Assembly (NCBI GenBank): GCA_002269645.1
Contig: NIVC01000621.1
Location: forward strand, 444,752 to 508,751
DNA from: Macrostomum lignano
Lineage: Eukaryota
Length of the DNA: 64,000 nt
Direction: 5' to 3'
Shown piece by piece: positions 48,031 through 64,000 of the stretch. The notes beneath the pieces are model-generated. The model saw only the letters and a program-made list of their open reading frames with translations. It searched no databases and was not told the origin of the DNA. The position numbers were made by a program, and so were the translations under genes. The stretch's first letter is position 1. Each line of letters opens with the position of its first letter.

Positions 48031-48519
48031 TCTCTCTAACCGCTGATACAAATGGAAAACAAAGAAGAGAAAGTCGATAGCAGCCAAGCCTGCAGTAGCA
48101 CTTTAAACAGTCTCAAGACCGCTGGCGCGCCTGCTGGCTTAGCACAGCCTCTGTCTCCATCATCTATTCACTATCGATCTATTTTTATTGGGCCCAACCT
48201 TTCTAATCGTGGCGCATTTCTTTGCAGAAATTGAAGTGGCGTATGTCAGTAAAAAACGCCAGACAGATGAGGGTCGACAGAACGAAAGAATACCTTCTAA
48301 AAAGGCTGGAATCTTCTTCATTCCTAATACTCTCCCACCTCCAGAGGTCAGGAAGTCGCGCTCAGGCAGCCTCAAGCCACTGTTCATGGTTTCAGCGGGT
48401 TGCCAGGAATTTTCTCTCTTTGCCTTTTCTCCTCTCGCTTTTATAACTGTTCCGCCTTTAATGTTCTCTAATAATACATTGCTTGGCCTTTCTCTGAACA
48501 GGAGTTCGAGTCTTTCCTC

Positions 48520-48690
48520 CCCAGTGTCTCCTCTCCCAGTGTCTCCTCTCCCAGTGTCTCCTCTCCCAGCATCTCCTCTCCCAGAGTCTCCTCTCCCAGC
48601 ATCTCCTCTCCCAGCATCTCCTCTCCCAGTGTCTCCTCTCCCAGAGTCTCCTCTCCCAGCATCTCCTCTCCCAGCATCTCCTCTCCCAGT
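48520..48690. repeat. 15-bp repeat (tctcctctcccagtg/cagca)
   Basis: About 11 copies. Confidence 0.9.
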
Positions 48691-49024
48691 ATATCCTTTT
48701 AGCCATAATTTTTACTTAGCAACTAAAATCGCCATACTATGTGTTCTCCGACAACAATTTCATCTATTTTTTGCATAGGAGACAATGAATAAAAAAACAC
48801 CCTTTGATGTTCCTTTAAAGATTTTTAGGTCTATATATAAAATCCGCGACAGTATTGATTGATGCAAAATGTCACACATGAAGGGTGCGCATGCGTATTT
48901 TGCAATATATGGATTGCCACACCTGTCAGTCTTAGGGTTATAATAGTCTGAAATATTTTGACCTGGGTGGGGTTCTATCATCACGATATTCGCTTCCAAC
49001 CCTATTCTCATCCTATTAGAGAGT

Positions 49025-49445
49025 GCTGAAACTGGGTGTCAGTAGGTGCTGAAACTGGGTGTCAGTAGGTGCTGAAACTGGGTGTCAGAGTGTGCTGAAA
49101 CTGGGTGTCAGAGTGTGCTGAAACTGGGTGTCAGAGTGTGCTGAAACTGGGTGTCAGAGTGTGGTGAAACTAGGTGTCAGTAGGTGCTGAAACTGGGTGT
49201 CAGAGAGTGTTGAAACTGGGTGTCAGTAGGTGCTGAAACTCAGTGTCAGTAGGTGCTGAAACTGGGTGTCAGAGTGTGCTGAAACTGGGTGTCAGTAGGT
49301 GCTGAAACTGGATGTCAGTAGGTGCTGAAACTGGGTGTCAGTAGGTGCTGAAACTGGATGTCAGTAGGTGCTGAAACTGGGTGTCAGAGAGTGTTGAAAC
49401 TAAGTTTCAGTTGGTGCTGAAACTTAGTGTCAGTAGGTGCTGAAA
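49025..49445. repeat. 23-bp minisatellite (gtgctgaaactgggtgtcagtag)
   Basis: About 18 copies. Confidence 0.95.
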
Positions 49446-49749
49446 CTGTAAAAATGTAAATCCGTTAACCGTGTGTTGTGGCGTGAAAAACTCTGGCAGA
49501 AATTTCCGCAGCTTGCACATCCCGGCTCCGGTTCCCACAATGCCCGATTGGGTGTTAAGAAAGTTTCTACCCGATAATCGCAAGCAGAGCAGTCATGAAT
49601 ATTGCCGTGGACCCTTGAGTACAAAATAACCCGGGCTGGCAGGATAAAATGCCCTTGTCAATCTTGTCAGCAACTCGCTAATCCCCACTTGTGTTGGATT
49701 TAGGCAGATTTTAGTACAGCTGCAATCCACTGTGTTGACGGGTTGAGCA

Positions 49750-49910
49750 AAGAAACTGATAGGTTTGAGTAGGAGAGTTGAAGGGTTTGAGTAGGGGATT
49801 GAGGGTTTGAGTAGGAGAGTTGAAGGGTTTGAGTAGGGGGTTGAAGGGTTTGAGTAGGGGGTTGAAGGGTTTGGTAGGGGATTAAAGTTGAGTAGAAGAT
49901 CTTAAGGGTT
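49750..49910. repeat. ~22-bp repeat (gggtttgagtaggagagttgaa)
   Basis: About 6 degenerate copies. Confidence 0.8.
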
Positions 49911-50094
49911 TGAAGTAAAAAAGCTTTTTTTACTGTGAAAAAATTATAACTTTACTGTACAAAGAATATCGATCTGAATGCTTTGCTTGCTACTCATAAG
50001 TAGATCAGTGTGAATTTTGTTAATTATTTTTGTTGACAGTCAAGAGACTCAATAGATTATACAGTCTCAATCGATTATCATTTTGAGACAGTCT

Positions 50095-50310
50095 CATTTT
50101 GTGTCTCAATAGATTAGCAATCCACTCTAATCCTTCATCCATATTGTGTCTCAGTAGATTAGCAATCCACTCTAATCCTTCATCCATATTGTGTCTCAGT
50201 AGATTAGCAATCCACTCTAATCCTTCATCCATATTGTGTCTCAGTAGATTAGCAATCCACTCTAATCCTTCATCCATATTGTGGCTCAATAGTTTAGCAA
50301 TCCATTCTGA
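50095..50310. repeat. 45-bp minisatellite, 4-5 copies
   Basis: tgtgtctcagtagattagcaatccactctaatccttcatccatat repeated. Confidence 0.9.
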
Positions 50311-50959
50311 TCCCTCATACTATATACAATAGCAGTCAGTTCTTTGTTTCCCTTCAATGCCCCAAGTACGCTCAGGGCCTAAGTCAATCGATTAGGAACT
50401 CAAGTCTCAAATTCTCATGCCAAGGCTGCTCCACCTTATGAGCGCCTTGAGTCTTGGCTTGCCTCCCCATTGTTTCCAATCTCCCATTTCTACATCCTTA
50501 GTCCTTCTTATTTAAGTCTCGAGGGTCGATTTTTTTTGTACACTCTATCTGACACCCCATTGTCATCTATCTACGTGACCTGACCAATTTGATAGTCCTT
50601 GCAACTCATTGAGCATTATTCTTCTGATCAGGATCCTTTGTTCATGCTCGCATAAAATCGACCATTCAATGGGCTGCTTGTTCAAGAATATAAGCATCTT
50701 TGTATTGTAGTTAAGTACTTTTTTACTTTTTTAGAAGTGCTTAGAAAATATGCTTAAGAATAATTATTGCGTATTAGGCAGTTTTTTTTCTTAAAATATT
50801 TATAAAATGGTTGAGCAAGTCTTAGTTTTTTTTAACGATTTAAAAAGAATGGGTCATTTAAGTCAAATTATCGTTGCTCTTTTTTTCAGATTTAATTGGG
50901 CCAAGAAATTCTGCAAATGGGTGGCATCCTGACAGTGTCCCCGATCTTCCCAGCACAAC

Positions 50960-51495
50960 TCTCCTCTCTCCTCTCCTCCCCTCTCCTCTCCTCTCCTCCC
51001 CTCTCCTCTCCTCTCCTCTCCTGTCCTCTCCTCTCCTCTCCTCTCCTCTCCTCTCCTCTCCTCTCCTCTCCTCTCCTCTCCTCTCCTCCTCTCCTCTCCT
51101 CTTCTCTCCTCTCCTCTTCTCTCCTCTCCTCTTCTCTCCTCTCCTCTCCTCTCCTCTCCTCTCCTCTCCTCTCCTCTCCACTCCTTTTCTCTCCTCTTCT
51201 CTCCTCTTCTCTCCTCTTCTCTCTTCTCCTTTTCTCTGCTCTCCTCTCCTCTCCTCTCCTCCCCTCTCCTCTTCTCTCCTCTTCTCTCCTCTCCTCTCCT
51301 CTCCTCCTCTCCTCTCCTCTTCTCTCCTCTCCTCTTCTCTCCTCTCCTCTCCTCTCCTCTCCTCTCCTCTCCTCTCCTCTCCTCTCCTCTCCTCTCCTCT
51401 CCTCTCCTCCTCTCCTCTCCTCCCCTCTCCTCTCCTCTCCTCTCCTCTCCTCCCCTCTCCTCTCATCTCCTCTCCTCTCCTCTTCTCTCCTCTCC
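50960..51495. repeat. (CTCCT)n microsatellite
   Basis: Pentanucleotide run. Confidence 0.95.
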
Positions 51496-52059
51496 TAAGA
51501 ATAAGAATCGATTTTCGCCATAATGCTCAAGATAAAAATCGTTTATTAAACCTGACGCGTAATACGCAAAGTTGCTTCGCTAATCTCTCCACTCAAACTA
51601 CATGTTAGCTGCTAGACTACAAGTAATCGTGTTCAAAAGCTACACAAAATAAATGTGGTTACCAAAGCTAATTCTCTTCAATTGTCTTCGATCTTTGCCT
51701 CTCAACCCGCTTGCACCTGGTGCTCCGCCCTCAGACCCGGTCAGTGCTTGATTATATAGTGGTTGTCAATTGGTTGGCTACATAGATTATAACTCTTGTA
51801 GTTGTACGTGAGTAGCTTAAGAAAAAGCTTGACAAAATGTCCAGACAAAACTGACTCGCAGGACAGCACTTTCAGTTTTATCCCGGCTTAGTAAAACAAT
51901 TGTGGCGATGAAATTCACGGAAAAATTCCGGAATCAAGGAGCATCAAATTTTGAGTTTGTTGGTGAGGCAATCATTTTTTACTCGCTTGTTTGCTGTGCA
52001 GGTATTTGCTATCTGCTAGGCGCTACGGTCTAGTGCTAGTTCAGAGTTAAATTGAACTT

Positions 52060-53670
52060 GATTTGACACTAAATTTGATCTGATTTCGGCGCTAAATTTG
52101 ATCTGATTTTGGCGCTAAATTTGATCTCATTTTGGCGCTAAATTTGATATGATTTTGGCGCTAAATTTGATCTGATTTTGGCGCTAAATTTGATATGATT
52201 TTTGCGCTAAATTTGATCTGATTTTGGCGCTAAATTTGATATGATTTTGGCGCTAAATTTGATCTTATTTTGGCGCTAAATTTGATCTGAATTTGTCGCT
52301 ACATTTGATTTGATTTTGGCGCTACATTTGATCTGATTTTGGCGCTACATTTGATCTGATTTTTGCGCTACATTTGATCTGATTTTTGCGCTAAATTTGA
52401 TCTGAATTTGTCGCTACATTTGATCTGATTTTGGCGCTACATTTGATCTGATTTTGGCGCTACATTTGATCTGATTTTGTCGCTAAATTTGAACTGATTT
52501 TTTCGCTAAATTTGAACTGATTTTGGCGCTTCATTTGATCCGATTTTGGCGCTACATTTGATCTGATTTTGTCGCTAAATTTGAACTGATTTTGGCGCTA
52601 CATTTGAACTGATTTTGGCGCTACATTTGATCTGATTTTGGCGCTAAATTTGATTTTTTTTTGGCGCTACATTTGATATGATTTTGGCGCTAAATTTGAT
52701 CCGATTTTGGCGCTACATTTAATATGATTTTGGCGCTACATTTGATCCGATTTTGGCGCTACATTTGATCTGATTTTTGCACTAGATTTGACCTGATTTT
52801 TGCACTAGATTTGATCTGATATTGGCGCTACATTTGATCTGATTTTGGCGCTAGATTTGATCTGATTTTGGCGCTAAATTTGAACTGATTTTGGCGCTAA
52901 ATTTGATCTGATTTTGGCGCTAAATTTGATCTCATTTTGGCGCTAAATTTGATCTGATTTTGTCGCTACATTTGATCTGATTTTTGCGCTACATTTGATC
53001 TGATTTTTGCGCTACATTTGATCTGATTTTGGCGCTAAATTTGATCTGCTTTTGGCGCTAAATTTGATCTGAATTTGTCGCTACATTTGATCTGATTTTG
53101 GCGCTACATTTGATCTGATTTTTGCGCTAAATTTGATCTGATTTTGTCGCTACATTTGATCTGATTTTTGCGCTACATTTGAACTGATTTTGGCGCTAAA
53201 TTTGAACTGATTTTGGCGCTAAATTTGATCTGATTTTTGCGCTAAATTTGATCTCATTTTGGCGCTAAATTTGATCTGATTTTGTCGCTACATTTGATCT
53301 GATTTTTGCGCTACATTTGATCTGATTTTTGCGCTACATTTGATCTGATTTTTGCGCTAAATTTGATCTAATTTTGGCGCTAAATTTGATCTGATTTTGT
53401 CGCTACATTTGATCTGATTTTTGCGCTACATTTGATCTGATTTTTGCGCTACATTTGATCTGATTTTGGCGCTAAATTTGATCTGCTTTTGGCGCTAAAT
53501 TTGATCTGAATTTGTCGCTACATTTGATCTGATTTTGGCGCTACATTTGATCTGATTTTTGCGCTAAATTTGATCTGATTTTGTCGCTACATTTGATCTG
53601 ATTTTTGCGCTACATTTGAACTGATTTTTGCGCTACATTTGATCTGATTTTGGCGCTACATTTGATTGGA
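52060..53670. repeat. 23-bp minisatellite (tttgatctgattttggcgctaaa)
   Basis: About 70 copies; related to the 30-bp pinin-intron unit through the shared gattttggcgc core. Confidence 0.96.
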
Positions 53671-53875
53671 TAGTAACACTGAACTAGATCTTCATCACTC
53701 AAAACGCCATGGATCCTATCCTTTGCACCCTATGCAGCTGTGATTATTTGAACAACTGAAATTTCGACTCAACTCCAAGCCAGCATCCAGCCCACAGCGG
53801 CATCCAATCCCCATCAAGAAGATTTCTAGATTTTTCCCTCTCCTATGGGATATTTATTGCAAGAGTACACTGCAG

Positions 53876-54054
53876 AGAGGTGTCGCCTATACTTGAAGAA
53901 TCCTGTTCTCAAACAGTTCTAGTATTCGGAGGAGAAAGCATGTTGGTAGAAGTTAACCCAGACACAGATTCCTCCAGCTCGCCCCATGTCTTACCGGCAA
54001 GCAAGGGCTCAACTGACGGTCAATTCGTGCACATTTTCTGGAGCCTTTTTAAAG
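53876..54054 (+). CDS. Tentative upstream exon of the neuregulin-like gene
   Basis: Open frame EVSPILEESCSQTVLVFGGE...FVHIFWSLFKG ends at a good donor (AAAG|gtaaac). The acceptor phase is ambiguous and the exon could not be linked with certainty to the downstream exons. Confidence 0.35.
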
Positions 54055-54189
54055 GTAAACTTTTTCCCTGACATCAGATCGGATGGACTGAGCATCGTTA
54101 ATTGAGGATCTTCTGGAATTCAGATATCAAAAAGGGATTCAGGAGTGGAGACAGATGGCAGAGTTGTTATTGAGTAATGGATAGAGATT

Positions 54190-54610
54190 ATCGACTAGAA
54201 AAGAGATTAGACATCAGAGAGATTAGACACGGGATACATTAGATATCAGATAGATTAGATATGACTAGAAAAGATTAGATTAGATTATTCACTAGAAAAA
54301 AGATTAAACATCAGAGATATTAGAGATATTAGGATAGATTAGATATCAGATGAATTAGATATCAGATAGATTAGACATCAGATGGATTAGATATCAGATG
54401 GATTAGATATCAGATAGATTAGACATCAGATGGATTAGATATCAGATGGATTAGATATCAGATAGATTAGACATCAGATGGATTAGATATTGGATAGATT
54501 AGATATTGGATATATTAGATATTAGATAGATTACATATCAGATAGATTAGATATCAGATGGATTAGATATTGGATAGATTAGATATCAGAAATAAATTAT
54601 ACATAAGATA
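54190..54610. repeat. ~17-bp degenerate repeat (gattagatatcagatg)
   Basis: Tandem copies. Confidence 0.85.
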
Positions 54611-54989
54611 TCAGTGAGATTAGAGAGCAGAGAGATTCACTATACCGACTAAAAATCGGAGAAATCTGTGTAGAATATATTATATAGACATGGAGATGAG
54701 ATATCGGAGTGAATTAAGATCAGACAGAGATATCCGACATGATGCAGGAGGGGATTAGAGTAACAGCCAAAAGTTATGGTCGCACTTCACCTGTTCAAGC
54801 ATCGAATATAATTTCCCACTGCTTCACTGAACCAGAGAGAGGCCTATCGTTAAGCTGAAGGTCTTTTTACATTTTTCGATTTTGACAATAAATTTCTTTC
54901 TAGGAGATTAAGAATGGCCTAAATTTCTTTTCTGGATACCCTGGCATTTGTTCAAGTCTTCAAATACCCTGGATGTACTCATACTTAGG

Positions 54990-55710
54990 AGTAATAAACA
55001 TTGCGGATGTACATCTGACTGAGTGACAAACATTGAGGATGTACACCTGACTGAATGACAAACATTGAGGATGTACACCTGACTGAGCGACAAATATTGA
55101 GGATATACACCTGACTGAGCAACAAACATTGAGGATGTACATCTGACTGAGCGACAAACATTGCGGATGTACATCTGACTGAGCGACAAATATTGAGGAT
55201 ATACACCTGACTGAGCAACAAACATTGAGAATGTACATCTGACTGAGCGACAAAAATTGAGGATGTACATCTGACTGAGTGGCAAACATTGAGGATGTAC
55301 ATCTGACTGAGCGACAAAAATTGAGGATGTACATCTGACTGAGTGGCAAACATTGAGGATGTACATCTGACTGAGTGGCAAACATTGAGAATGTACATCT
55401 GACTGAGCGACAAAAATTGAGGATGTACATCTGACTGAGTGGCAAACATTGAGGATGTACATCTGACTGAGTGGCAAACATTGAGGATGTACCGATGTAC
55501 ATCTGACTTAATGAAAAACATTGGGGATGTACATATCTGACTGAATAACAAACATTGAGGATGTACATCTGACTGAATGACAAGCATTGAGGATGTACAC
55601 CTGAATGAGCAACAAACACTGAGAATGTACATCTGACTGAGCAACAAACATTGCGGATGTGCACCTGACTGAGTGACAAACATTTCCGATGTACATCTGA
55701 CTGAATATCA
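54990..55710. repeat. 32-bp minisatellite (acattgaggatgtacatctgactgagtggcaa)
   Basis: About 22 copies. Confidence 0.93.
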
Positions 55711-55757
55711 AAGATTGAAGATCCAAACAAGAATAACCCTCAACTTCAACTTGGCAG

Positions 55758-63612
<7,855 letters not shown>

Positions 63613-63775
63613 GTTTGTTCAAGTGGCCCTAGCTTAGCCGCATGTTTGCAAATTTGAATCGGAGCTGAGGTAGAATTTAGTTATGTAGTTCTGTAATGAG
63701 AAGATTTGAAACAGAGACAACTGAATAGATATTGGACGCCGACCAGAAAAATGCAAGAAAAATGTGTAGTGATCG

Positions 63776-64000
63776 CAGGGTCCCCCCGCCAGTAAAAGCT
63801 ATGGGGGCATGCCAATGCTTTGCCCCCCCCTACCCCTCACCCAAACTTTGTGAAACCGTTATGGAAATCAAGATTTTGCTTCAGGGGGACAAAATGAGTG
63901 CCTGCGGCGCTAAAATGAGTGCCTGCGGTGCTAAAATGAGTGCCTGCTGTGCCGAAATGAGTGCCTGCTGTGCCAAAATGAGTGCCTGCGGCGCTAAAAT
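63776..64000 (+). mobile_element. Second copy of the element carrying the 21-bp array (aaaatgagtgcctgcggcgct); runs off the right edge
   Basis: Starts cagggtcccccc. Flank gccaatgctttg...ccgttatggaaatcaa and the array are inverted homologues of 39535-39912. Confidence 0.6.

Overview
Eukaryotic, intron-containing animal DNA; not prokaryotic. GC-rich, poly-Gln/Ala exons sit among introns each filled by its own 15-55 bp minisatellite. This style resembles the flatworm Macrostomum, but that is an inference and was not verified. Gene models were assembled by hand, checking GT-AG sites and intron phase. Minus strand: the 5' exon of an LRR protein running off the left edge, TMEM179 (4 exons, 230 aa), TBCC (2 exons, 336 aa) and a short pinin (4 exons, 348 aa). 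Plus strand: DNAJC8 (4 exons, 274 aa), head-to-head with pinin, and an Ig+EGF+TM neuregulin/vein-like EGFR ligand (about 55.8-63.6 kb) with an apparent 1-nt frameshift just after its TM segment. Mobile DNA includes an intact 562-aa piggyBac-family transposase and an internally deleted Tc1/mariner element with about 140-bp TIRs. There is also a CORE-type tRNA SINE, a probable hAT MITE, a Helitron-like 3' end and a 2.8-kb foldback. The piggyBac element lacks TTAA target sites, is flanked by a perfect 88-bp direct repeat, and has an in-frame splice acceptor in front of its ATG. Most long ORFs in the supplied track are translations of tandem repeats. The 28-52 kb interval contains exon-like islands I could not assign to a known gene.
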